In this document: positions 20,201 through 27,898 of the stretch, one piece after another | Layout: every line of letters begins with the position of its first letter | Numbering within the stretch: the stretch's first letter is position 1 | NCBI RefSeq assembly: GCF_001457615.1 | Contig: NZ_LN831024.1 | Location: forward strand, 5,790,001-5,822,000 | Source of the DNA: Pseudomonas aeruginosa | Lineage (GTDB): Bacteria; Pseudomonadota; Gammaproteobacteria; Pseudomonadales; Pseudomonadaceae | DNA length: 32,000 bases | Direction: 5' to 3' | The notes under the pieces: generated by a model | What the model was told of the DNA's origin: nothing | The model's input: the letters and a program-made list of their open reading frames with translations, nothing else | Databases searched by the model: none | Made by a program: the position numbers and the translations under genes

Positions 20201-20857
20201 TACCAGCGCCACCCCGGCGTAGCGGTACTCCACCGGCACCGCCACCCGTTCCGAGGCATAGCGCAGGAGGAAGGCCAGGCCGATGAACAGCAGCACCACG
20301 CCGATGCGCAATACCGTGTTGCCGCCGAACAGCCAGCCCTTGGCCGCGGCGAAGCCACGCTCGACCAGCGAGGGTTCGCGTGGAGGCGCTGGAGGGGCGG
20401 CACGGCGCGGCGCTGGCTGGGCGTCAGGCTGGAACGCCGGCTGACGCTCGATGGGCTGGACGGGTTCGGGGGGACGAGGCGGAGGCGGCGCAGCCTCGAC
20501 GGCCGGCAGCTCGATGTCCCAGTCCAGCGGCGGGGCAACCTCGGCGGGAGGAGCGGGAGACGTGTCTGCGAGCGGCTGGTCGATGCCGGCGGCCGGCTCG
20601 GGAACGCTTTCGGGAAGGTCCTGCGCCTGGCGCTCCACGCGCAGCAAGCGCTGGTGGATGACCTCGGTGCCGCGCTCGAAGCGTTCGGCGAATTCGCTCA
20701 TCTGCTTGCGCAGGCGCTCGTTCTGTTGCGCCAGGTTCTGCAGCGAGACGGCCTGTCCCAGGGCCAGGCCGGAAAGGCCGCCGAGGAGGGCGCCGACCAG
20801 CGATTCCCCGGCGAAGCCGCCGAGGATCAGGCCCACCAGCATGAAAATCCATTGCAT
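17252..20857 (-). CDS. DUF2339 family polytopic membrane protein
   Basis: 1201 aa, N-terminal TM, coiled segment, Pro-rich linker, then a very long series of TM segments; ATGA overlap with the downstream DUF3999 gene. Confidence 0.8.
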   Translation of the reverse strand: MQWIFMLVGLILGGFAGESLVGALLGGLSGLALGQAVSLQNLAQQNERLRKQMSEFAERFERGTEVIHQRLLRVERQAQDLPESVPEPAAGIDQPLADTSPAPPAEVAPPLDWDIELPAVEAAPPPPRPPEPVQPIERQPAFQPDAQPAPRRAAPPAPPREPSLVERGFAAAKGWLFGGNTVLRIGVVLLFIGLAFLLRYASERVAVPVEYRYAGVALVAMALLGVGWWLRERRAAYGLILQGTGIAVLYLTIFAAMRLHPLISPGAALALLVVVTICSAILAVLQNAMGLAVVAALGGFAAPILTSTGSGNHVALFSYFALLNAGIFAIAWFRAWRPLNLVGFVGTFGIGFAWGLRSYTPELFASTEPFLALFFLMYVGIGLLFARRKLLEAAQAPAERGELLRWSARQADYIDATVLFGPPLVGFGLQCAVIGHIDFGMAFSALALGLFYMVLARVLRGHASAGRTSLLVEICLALGVVFGTLAIPLGLDARWTSAAWAVEGAGIYWLGLHQQRRLARLFALLLQGGAALAYLNGVRPGETTLLEGSPLGALMLGAAALFSFWQLRRAPAKALADWEPACRPLLAAAGLAFLYLVAPLCLAVDSTAIAWAVAGLASLFAGLRLGSRTFLFCAFAVQLLGGALFLLHLQGGDGQGGVFDSGWRGLMTASLIGLALIGGMLLAARDPLVKDDSRLLMGLSLVLLAGLAFVNLAVLFVLPWRSASAVWAGSGLLIIWLSLVLRQRLSFYFGLALQVVGGLAFLLAGPSLFGSLSGEGLRPLAHSGFWTPAVLALAALVGAWRLRRAGERERALGIGTLGLAELSHLLLLWGAGWWALTALCETVRFVPYGLREHALLLVAAATVASWMLLALRERWRELALLCLALVPVALLALASAWRFDYQPFGEFGWLAWPLLFATHLLSLRRLAPLLPAKALSVAHVLGCWLLLGVLALELRYLFALLAEQYNAWRWLGWALVPSAYLLLVAGGRSLPWPLRDFPREYRLLAAAPVALLLLGWFWSANLLSDGAAEPLPYLPLANPLELGLLIVLFALYRWSDASLASLVDGNASARLGRQALAGASLFALLTLAVCRAAHHLAGVPFQAEALAASMLVQAGLSLVWTLCALGLTIAGTRLGRRDLWMVGAALVGVVVVKLFFVELGNSGSLERIISFIGVGVLLLVVGYFSPLPPRRAEVASEAEQP

Positions 20858-20995
20858 GCGTCGAATCCTTGATCAAGAGGTACCACGATCCACTGATACC
20901 TGCCCTGGCCATCCTGCCAGAGCGGAACCCGCGCCGGGAGTATACAGCCCGCATTCCAGAGATTCGACGCATTCCGACGCCCGCCCCGTGGCGAG

Positions 20996-21589
20996 CTACC
21001 TCTTCCTGGCGATGAACTGGACCACGCAGGCCGCGCCGGTGTGGAAACGGCCCTCGACCACCTCGCGCTCGATTTCCCGCGCCAGCAGCACTTCGCACTC
21101 CGGCAGCTCAGCCTCCAGCGCCGCGCGGCTCACCAGCATGTCGACGTCCGCCGGGCCGCCGGTGCCGCGGCCGAGCTGTTCCGGCCGATAGGCCTCCAGC
21201 AGGAAGAGACCGCCCGGTCGCAGCGAACGCTCCAGCAGGCGGTTGAGTCTGCCGCGCACGCGACTGGGCAGGTGCGCGAAGATCGACACCACCGCGCCGA
21301 ACGCCGCTGCCGGCGGTTCGTAGTCCGCCAGGTCGACCACCAGGGTGTCGATCGACACGCCTTTCGCCTCGGCCAGCCGGCGCGCCTTGGCCAGGCCGAC
21401 GGTGGAGCCGTCCACGCCAAGCACCTCCAGCCCCAGCGAAGCGAGGAACACCGCGTTGCGCCCCTCGCCCTCGGCGACGCTCAGCACCGGCCCGGCCAGC
21501 CGCTGCGCATGCTCCTTCAGGAAAGCGTTGGGTTCGGTTCCGTAGACATACTCTTCGGCGGCATAGCGTTCGTCCCACATGAGGTTCAC
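20996..21589 (-). CDS. Class I SAM-dependent methyltransferase
   Basis: MWDERYAAEEYVYGTEPNAFLKEHA...VLSVAEGEGRNAVFLASLGLEVLGVDGS...; alternative ATG start at 21580 has a better-spaced GAGGTG RBS. Confidence 0.85.
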   Translation of the reverse strand: MNLMWDERYAAEEYVYGTEPNAFLKEHAQRLAGPVLSVAEGEGRNAVFLASLGLEVLGVDGSTVGLAKARRLAEAKGVSIDTLVVDLADYEPPAAAFGAVVSIFAHLPSRVRGRLNRLLERSLRPGGLFLLEAYRPEQLGRGTGGPADVDMLVSRAALEAELPECEVLLAREIEREVVEGRFHTGAACVVQFIARKR

Positions 21590-21628
21590 CTCGTCTGTAT
21601 TTCGTCACGGCCCAGGTGCCGAAACGCT

Positions 21629-21659
21629 AGTCTTCCACTTCAAGTCGACTTGAGGTCAA
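21629..21659 (-). promoter_or_regulatory. MerR-type promoter with SoxR-box-like operator facing the methyltransferase
   Basis: Reverse strand TTGACC-[TCAAGTCGACTTGAAGTGG, 19 nt]-AAGACT; perfect 14-bp palindrome TCAAGTCGACTTGA at 21640-21653. Confidence 0.7.
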
Positions 21660-21663
21660 GGGC

Positions 21664-22028
21664 ATGCGGCAACTGGACATAGGCGAGGTCGCGCGACGAT
21701 CCGGGGTACCGGCCTCGACCCTGCGCTACTACGAGGAAAAGGGACTGATCGCCTCCAGCGGCCGGCACGGCCTGCGCCGGCTGTTCGATGCAGGCGTGCT
21801 GGAGCGGCTGGCGCTGATCGGGCTGGGCCGCGCCGCCGGGTTGTCGCTGGACGAGATTGCCGGCATGGGCGCAGCCGACGGCGCGCTGCGGATCGACCGC
21901 GCGGCGGCCTGCGGCATGCCGCGGCCTGTCCGGCGCGCGAGCACATGGACTGCCCGACGTTCCGCCGCTTGCTGCGGGCCGCTGCCGCGGGGGCCATCAA
22001 GCCACGCCGGAAAGCGCCCGGCGCATAG
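21664..22028 (+). pseudogene. MerR-family regulator, apparently disrupted by an internal deletion/frameshift
   Basis: N-terminus MRQLDIGEVARRSGVPASTLRYYEEKGLIASSG...LSLDEIAGMGAADGALRIDR; the C-terminal motif GLRHAAACPAREHMDCPTFRRLLRAAAAGAIKPRRKAPGA* is encoded in a different frame from 21906. The uninterrupted ORF instead reads into Arg/Ala-rich sequence to 22155. Confidence 0.65.
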
Positions 22029-22033
22029 CAAAA

Positions 22034-22073
22034 CGGCCGGCAGGCCGGGCACCCCTGCCCTGCCTGCCGGCCG
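22034..22073. repeat. Perfect 12-bp inverted repeat between convergent genes
   Basis: CGGCCGGCAGGC (22034-22045) and GCCTGCCGGCCG (22062-22073), 16-nt loop; no T-tract. Confidence 0.7.
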
Positions 22074-22111
22074 CGAGGCACGCCGTTGCGGCGCGCCGGT
22101 ACGGCAACGGT

Positions 22112-23929
22112 TTAGACCTTGCTGCGCTCGTAGCGCTTGCGGTCGTTCTCGTTGAGCATCTTCTTGCGCAGGCGGATCGACTTCGGCGTCACTTCCACCA
22201 GCTCGTCGTCGGCGATGAACTCCAGCGCCTGCTCGAGGGTGAAGCGGATCGGCGGAACCAGGGCGATGACTTCGTCCTTGCCGGAAGCGCGCATGTTGTC
22301 GAGCTTCTTGCCCTTGGTCGGGTTGATCACCAGGTCGTTGTCACGGCTGTTGATGCCGGCCAACTGGCCTTCGTAGATTTCGTCGCCCGGGCCGAGGAAC
22401 AGCTTGCCGCGGCTCTGCAGGGTCTCCAGCGAGTAGGTCAGGGCGGTGCCGGTGGCCATGGAGACCAGTACGCCGTTCTGGCGGTTGCTGACTTCGCCGG
22501 CCTTGATCGGACCGTAGTGGCTGAAGGTCGAGGTCAGGATGCCGGTGCCCGAAGTCAGGGTCAGGAAGTTGTTGCGGAAGCCGATCAGGCCGCGCGCCGG
22601 AATGGTGTACTCCAGGCGCACGCGGCCCTTGCCGTCGGGAATCATGTTGCTCAGGTCGCCCTTGCGCAGGCCCATCTGCTCCATCACCGAGCCCTGGTGC
22701 TGCTCCTCGATGTCGATGGTGACGTTCTCGTAGGGCTCCTGCTTCTCGCCGTCCTTCTCGATGATCACCACTTCCGGGCGGCCCACGGCCAGCTCGAAGC
22801 CTTCGCGGCGCATGGTCTCGATCAGTACCGACAGGTGCAGTTCGCCACGGCCGGAAACCTTGAACTTCTCCGGGCTGTCGCCCGGCTCGACGCGCAGCGC
22901 CACGTTATGCAGCAGTTCCTTCTCCAGGCGCTCCTTGATGTTGCGGCTGGTGACGAACTTGCCTTCGCGGCCGGCGAACGGCGAATCGTTGACCTGGAAG
23001 GTCATGCTCACGGTCGGCTGGTCGACGGTCAGCGGCGGCAGCGCCTCGACGTTCTGCGGGTCGCACAGGGTATCGGAGATGAACAGCTCCTCCATGCCGC
23101 TGACGCAGACGATGTCGCCGGCTTCCGCCTCGGCCACCTCGACGCGCTGCAGGCCGTGGTGGCCCATGATCTTCAGGATGCGGCCGTTGCGCTTGCTGCC
23201 GTCGTCGCTGATGGCCACCACCGGGGTGTTGGACTTGACCTTGCCGCGGGTGATGCGGCCGATACCGATCACGCCGAGGAAGCTGTTGTAGTCCAGCTGC
23301 GAGATCTGCATCTGGAACGGACCCTCGGTGTCCACCACCGGGGCCGGGACGTGGTCGATGATCGCCTGGAACAGCGCGTCCATGTTGTCGTCCATCTTCT
23401 CGTGGTCGAGGCCGGCGATGCCGTTCAGGGCGCTGGCGTAGACGATCGGGAAGTCGAGTTGCTCGTCGGTGGCGCCGAGGTTGTCGAACAGGTCGAAGAT
23501 CTGGTCGATGACCCAGTCCGGACGCGCGCCCGGGCGGTCGATCTTGTTCACCACCACGATCGGACGCAGGCCGGCCTTGAAGGCCTTCTGGGTCACGAAG
23601 CGGGTCTGCGGCATGGGGCCGTCCTGGGCGTCGACCACCAGCAGCACGGAGTCGACCATCGACATCACGCGCTCCACCTCGCCGCCGAAGTCGGCGTGAC
23701 CGGGGGTGTCGACGATGTTGATGTTGTAGCCGTTCCACTTGATCGCGGTGTTCTTCGCCAGGATGGTGATGCCACGCTCTTTTTCCTGGTCGTTGGAGTC
23801 CATCACCCGCTCGCTTTCCGCTTCTTTGCGGTCGAGGGTGCCGGACAGCTTCAGCAGCTTGTCCACCAGGGTGGTCTTGCCATGGTCGACGTGGGCGATG
23901 ATGGCGATGTTGCGCAGATTTTCGATCAC
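22112..23929 (-). CDS. typA: Ribosome-associated GTPase TypA/BipA
   Basis: 605 aa from GTG ([30 protein letters not shown]); G motifs [15 protein letters not shown] and [13 protein letters not shown]. Confidence 0.97.
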   Translation of the reverse strand: MIENLRNIAIIAHVDHGKTTLVDKLLKLSGTLDRKEAESERVMDSNDQEKERGITILAKNTAIKWNGYNINIVDTPGHADFGGEVERVMSMVDSVLLVVDAQDGPMPQTRFVTQKAFKAGLRPIVVVNKIDRPGARPDWVIDQIFDLFDNLGATDEQLDFPIVYASALNGIAGLDHEKMDDNMDALFQAIIDHVPAPVVDTEGPFQMQISQLDYNSFLGVIGIGRITRGKVKSNTPVVAISDDGSKRNGRILKIMGHHGLQRVEVAEAEAGDIVCVSGMEELFISDTLCDPQNVEALPPLTVDQPTVSMTFQVNDSPFAGREGKFVTSRNIKERLEKELLHNVALRVEPGDSPEKFKVSGRGELHLSVLIETMRREGFELAVGRPEVVIIEKDGEKQEPYENVTIDIEEQHQGSVMEQMGLRKGDLSNMIPDGKGRVRLEYTIPARGLIGFRNNFLTLTSGTGILTSTFSHYGPIKAGEVSNRQNGVLVSMATGTALTYSLETLQSRGKLFLGPGDEIYEGQLAGINSRDNDLVINPTKGKKLDNMRASGKDEVIALVPPIRFTLEQALEFIADDELVEVTPKSIRLRKKMLNENDRKRYERSKV

Positions 23930-24145
23930 AAGTCTTGTCTCGTTTAACGCCCGAAGCGCGGCTTCGCGGCGGTGGTGGGGTCGGACAGGGCGGCGCCCGA
24001 CACGACAGGCTTCTTCAATTAAGGGGCGGGCAGCAGGCGGACGCTGCCCCGGTCCGGCCGGCACGCCGAAGGGCGGGCATCGGCCTAGGCGGCGGACGTG
24101 TCGGGAGGACGGTGGCGGATGCTGCCGCCGAACAAGCCCGGCTGC

Positions 24146-25600
24146 TTAAGCCGGACGATAAACACGCACATTGGTGTGCCCCTCGTTGAGCAGGTGATGG
24201 GCATGCAGGCGGCTCATCACCCCTTTGTCGCAATACAGGAGGTACTGGCGGTTGGCGTCCAGTTCCTTGAAGCGGCTGTTGATCGCGTAGAACGGCAGCG
24301 CCTGGACTTCGACGCCTTCCAGGGCCAGGGGTTCGTCTTCCTGGGCATCAGGATGGCGGATATCGATGACAATCTGACCGGGCAGCACCTCGCCGACCTC
24401 TTCCACCTGCAGGTCCTGGCCGAGTTCGTCGATCACCCGGTCGACGGTGCGCTGGGTGGCTCGCTCCAGGGCGCGCTCGAGCACCGCCATGTCGAATTTC
24501 GACTCTTCGTGCTCGACGCGGTAGGGCTTGGCCTGGGTGGTCGGGTTCACCGAGATCACCCCGCAGTATTCCGGCATGTGCCGGGCGAACTCGGCGGTGC
24601 CGATCTGCCGGGCGGTGTCGATGATGTCCTGCTTGTGGCTGACGATCAGCGGGCGCAGCACCAGGGTGTCGGTAACCCGGTCGATCACCGAGAGGTTCGG
24701 CAGGGTCTGGCTGGACACCTGGGAGATCGCCTCGCCGGTCACCAGCGCGTCCAGCTCCAGGCGCTCGGCCACGCGGCTGGCGGCGCGCAGCATCATGCGC
24801 TTGAGGGTCACGCCCATATAGCTGTCGTCGACCTTGGTGAGGATCTCGCCGACCACTTCCTCGAACGGCACGCTGACGAACAGCACGCGCTGCGAGCGGC
24901 CGTACTTCTCCCACAGGTAGTGGGCGACTTCCATCACCCCCAGTTCGTGGGCGCGCCCGCCGAGGTTGAAGAACACGAAGTGGCTGATCATCCCGCGGCG
25001 CATCATCTGGTAGGCCGCCACGGTCGAGTCGAAGCCGCCGGACATCAGCACCAGCACCTGCTCCAGCGCGCCCAGCGGATAGCCGCCCAGGCCCGGATGC
25101 TGGCGATGGATGACGAACAGGCGGTCGAGGCGGATTTCCATCCGCACCTCGACTTCCGGCTGCTTCAGGTCGATCCCGGCAGCCCCGCATTCGCGGCGCA
25201 GGCCGCTGCCGACGTAACGCTCCACCTCCATCGAGGTGAACGCGTGCTTGCCGGCGCGCTTGCAGCGCACGGCGAAGGTCTTGCCGGCCAACTGGTCGCC
25301 GAAATGCGCCTTGCACTTGGCGAGGATGTCGTCGAAATCGCCCAGCGGATACTCGTGGACCTCGAGGAAATGACCGATGCCCGGGGTGCAGGTCAGGCGC
25401 TCGATCATCTCGCGCCTGGCCTTGGCGTCGACCACGGCGGTCTCTACCTCCAGGTTGTCCCACTCGCCCTCGACCTTCAGCTCCGGGTCCAGGTCGCGCA
25501 GCACCGCGCGGATGTTCTTCGCCAACTGCCGGATGAAGCGCTTGCGCACCGGCCGGCTCTTGATGGTGATTTCCTGGAAGGTCTTGACGATGAGTTTCAT
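24146..25600 (-). CDS. thiI: tRNA 4-thiouridine sulfurtransferase with C-terminal rhodanese domain
   Basis: 484 aa; [22 protein letters not shown]-loop and THUMP region; rhodanese [19 protein letters not shown]. Confidence 0.97.
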   Translation of the reverse strand: MKLIVKTFQEITIKSRPVRKRFIRQLAKNIRAVLRDLDPELKVEGEWDNLEVETAVVDAKARREMIERLTCTPGIGHFLEVHEYPLGDFDDILAKCKAHFGDQLAGKTFAVRCKRAGKHAFTSMEVERYVGSGLRRECGAAGIDLKQPEVEVRMEIRLDRLFVIHRQHPGLGGYPLGALEQVLVLMSGGFDSTVAAYQMMRRGMISHFVFFNLGGRAHELGVMEVAHYLWEKYGRSQRVLFVSVPFEEVVGEILTKVDDSYMGVTLKRMMLRAASRVAERLELDALVTGEAISQVSSQTLPNLSVIDRVTDTLVLRPLIVSHKQDIIDTARQIGTAEFARHMPEYCGVISVNPTTQAKPYRVEHEESKFDMAVLERALERATQRTVDRVIDELGQDLQVEEVGEVLPGQIVIDIRHPDAQEDEPLALEGVEVQALPFYAINSRFKELDANRQYLLYCDKGVMSRLHAHHLLNEGHTNVRVYRPA

Positions 25601-25698
25601 GCGAGGGACGCGAACGCGCGGGGCGACGGAAAAAAAGGGGCGGAATTATATCTGAAATTGCTCACGTATTGAGCAGAAATATGCACAGTTATTTTTGC

Positions 25699-25746
25699 TG
25701 CACCAAAATGGAATGATGCACCAACATGGAGCACCATAACGGTGCA
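25699..25746. promoter_or_regulatory. Cluster of three NtrC-like enhancer sites upstream of glnA
   Basis: TGCACCAAAATGGAATG (25699-25715), TGCACCAACATGGAGCA (25717-25733), AGCACCATAACGGTGCA (25730-25746) against TGCACCAN3TGGTGCA. Confidence 0.8.
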
Positions 25747-25819
25747 CCCGAAGGCCGCCCAGCTACCCTGAAGAAGACCTGGCCCCGCCAAACATGGGGC
25801 CCTGCCCGATTCCGGGCAC

Positions 25820-25834
25820 TGGCACGCAACTTGC
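25820..25834 (+). promoter_or_regulatory. Sigma-54 promoter of glnA
   Basis: TGGCAC-GCAAC-TTGC, exact match to TGGCAC-N5-TTGC; predicted start ~25846. Confidence 0.9.
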
Positions 25835-25936
25835 TCACTTGTGAGGCAGGTTGCCCTGGCGGAGTATTCCGGCCGGCATCACCCGATACTGGGGCACAGA
25901 AAAAGCTCCCAGCTCTAATCCCTCCTGGAGGACAGC

Positions 25937-27346
25937 ATGTCGTACAAGTCGCACCAACTGATCAAAGACCATGACGTGAAGTGGGTAGACCTGCGCTTCA
26001 CCGATACCAAGGGCAAGCAGCAACACGTCACCATGCCGGCTCGCGACGCGCTGGACGATGAGTTCTTCGAAGCCGGCAAGATGTTCGACGGCTCCTCCAT
26101 CGCCGGCTGGAAAGGCATCGAAGCCTCCGACATGATCCTGATGCCGGACGACAGCACCGCCGTCCTCGATCCGTTCACCGAAGAGCCGACCCTGATCCTG
26201 GTCTGCGACATCATCGAGCCGAGCACCATGCAAGGCTACGAGCGCGACCCGCGCAACATCGCCAAGCGCGCCGAGGAGTACCTGAAGTCCACCGGCATCG
26301 GCGACACCGTGTTCGTCGGCCCGGAGCCGGAGTTCTTCATCTTCGACGAAGTGAAGTTCAAGTCCGACATCTCCGGCTCGATGTTCAAGATCTTCTCCGA
26401 GCAGGCTTCCTGGAACACCGACGCCGACATCGAGTCCGGCAACAAGGGCCATCGCCCGGGCGTGAAGGGCGGCTACTTCCCGGTACCGCCGGTCGACCAC
26501 GACCATGAAATCCGCACCGCCATGTGCAACGCCCTGGAAGAAATGGGCCTGGTGGTCGAAGTCCACCACCACGAAGTGGCAACCGCCGGCCAGAACGAGA
26601 TCGGCGTGAAGTTCAACACCCTGGTCGCCAAGGCCGACGAAGTGCAGACCCTGAAGTACTGCGTGCACAACGTCGCCGACGCCTACGGCAAGACCGTGAC
26701 CTTCATGCCGAAGCCGCTGTACGGCGACAACGGTTCGGGCATGCACGTGCACATGTCGATCTCCAAGGACGGCAAGAACACCTTCGCCGGCGAAGGCTAT
26801 GCCGGCCTGTCCGAGACCGCCCTGTACTTCATCGGCGGCATCATCAAGCACGGCAAGGCCCTGAACGGCTTCACCAACCCCTCGACCAACTCCTACAAGC
26901 GCCTGGTCCCGGGCTTCGAAGCTCCGGTGATGCTGGCCTACTCGGCGCGCAACCGTTCCGCCTCGATCCGTATCCCCTACGTATCCAGCCCGAAGGCCCG
27001 CCGTATCGAAGCGCGCTTCCCGGACCCGGCAGCCAACCCCTACCTGGCCTTCGCCGCGCTGCTGATGGCCGGCCTGGACGGCATCCAGAACAAGATCCAC
27101 CCCGGCGATGCCGCCGACAAGAACCTGTACGACCTGCCGCCGGAAGAGGCGAAGGAAATCCCGCAGGTTTGCGGCAGCCTGAAAGAGGCGCTGGAAGAAC
27201 TCGACAAGGGCCGCGCGTTCCTGACCAAGGGCGGCGTGTTCACCGACGAGTTCATCGATGCCTACATCGAGCTGAAGAGCGAAGAAGAGATCAAGGTGCG
27301 CACCTTCGTGCACCCGCTGGAATACGACCTGTACTACAGCGTCTGA
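25937..27346 (+). CDS. glnA: Glutamine synthetase type I
   Basis: 469 aa [34 protein letters not shown]...; [27 protein letters not shown], adenylylation loop NLYDLPPEE; RBS GGAGG. Confidence 0.98.
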   Translation: MSYKSHQLIKDHDVKWVDLRFTDTKGKQQHVTMPARDALDDEFFEAGKMFDGSSIAGWKGIEASDMILMPDDSTAVLDPFTEEPTLILVCDIIEPSTMQGYERDPRNIAKRAEEYLKSTGIGDTVFVGPEPEFFIFDEVKFKSDISGSMFKIFSEQASWNTDADIESGNKGHRPGVKGGYFPVPPVDHDHEIRTAMCNALEEMGLVVEVHHHEVATAGQNEIGVKFNTLVAKADEVQTLKYCVHNVADAYGKTVTFMPKPLYGDNGSGMHVHMSISKDGKNTFAGEGYAGLSETALYFIGGIIKHGKALNGFTNPSTNSYKRLVPGFEAPVMLAYSARNRSASIRIPYVSSPKARRIEARFPDPAANPYLAFAALLMAGLDGIQNKIHPGDAADKNLYDLPPEEAKEIPQVCGSLKEALEELDKGRAFLTKGGVFTDEFIDAYIELKSEEEIKVRTFVHPLEYDLYYSV

Positions 27347-27381
27347 TCCACCCTTTCCTATAACAACGAGTCACCCTCTTG

Positions 27382-27406
27382 AGGCCTCCTTCGGGAGGCC
27401 TTTTTT
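27382..27406 (+). terminator. Intrinsic terminator downstream of glnA
   Basis: AGGCCTCC-TTCG-GGAGGCCT followed by TTTTT. Confidence 0.92.
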
Positions 27407-27493
27407 ATGGGCCGGCCCATGGAGAAACGCAAAGTTCGCCGCGCCGTTCGGTTAGACTTGCCGCGCTCCCCGCCCCAAGGATAAGGACCGTCC

Positions 27494-27898
27494 ATGCGTC
27501 ACTCTCTCTGGCTCCTGCTTGCCGCCATCCTCAGCCTGCCCGCCCAGGCCGGCACCGAATGCCGCGATATCCACGACCGCGACCTGCGGCGCATGTGCAA
27601 CGCACTGGAACGCGGCGACAGCGGGGATTGCGGCGACATCGACAGCCGCGACATGCGGCGTTACTGCGGCGCGCTGCTGGCGCCGGGACAGCGCTACGAC
27701 TGCGACGACATCCGCGACGGCGACACGCGCCGCCAGTGCCGCGCCATCGTCCGCGGCGACCGCAAGCGCTGCGACGACATCGACAGCCGCGACATGCGCC
27801 GCCAGTGCCGGGCCGTGGTATCGCGTGCGCCGTGGCAGTGCGACGGCATCGACGACCGCGACATGCGCCGCATCTGCCGGGTCATCCTGTCGCGCTAG
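27494..27898 (+). CDS. Secreted Cys-rich repeat protein of unknown function
   Basis: 134 aa with signal peptide MRHSLWLLLAAILSLPAQA and five C-x-[DG]-I-x3-D-x-R-R-x-C repeats. Confidence 0.75.
   Translation: MRHSLWLLLAAILSLPAQAGTECRDIHDRDLRRMCNALERGDSGDCGDIDSRDMRRYCGALLAPGQRYDCDDIRDGDTRRQCRAIVRGDRKRCDDIDSRDMRRQCRAVVSRAPWQCDGIDDRDMRRICRVILSR

Noticed and set aside
18041-20872. 943-aa plus-strand ORF antisense to the DUF2339 gene
   Set aside because: Gln/Arg/Ala/His-rich, low-complexity translation with no domain-like pattern; a shadow ORF caused by high GC3 of the true minus-strand gene.
21857-23947. 696-aa plus-strand ORF covering typA
   Set aside because: Antisense to an unambiguous TypA/BipA coding frame; composition typical of a shadow ORF (AVGDAG..., HHxH runs), no RBS-supported start.
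27551-27895. CRISPR-like or tandem DNA repeat inside the small ORF
   Set aside because: The periodicity (~69-72 bp) is protein-coding and in phase with the Cys motif; units are diverged, with no spacers.
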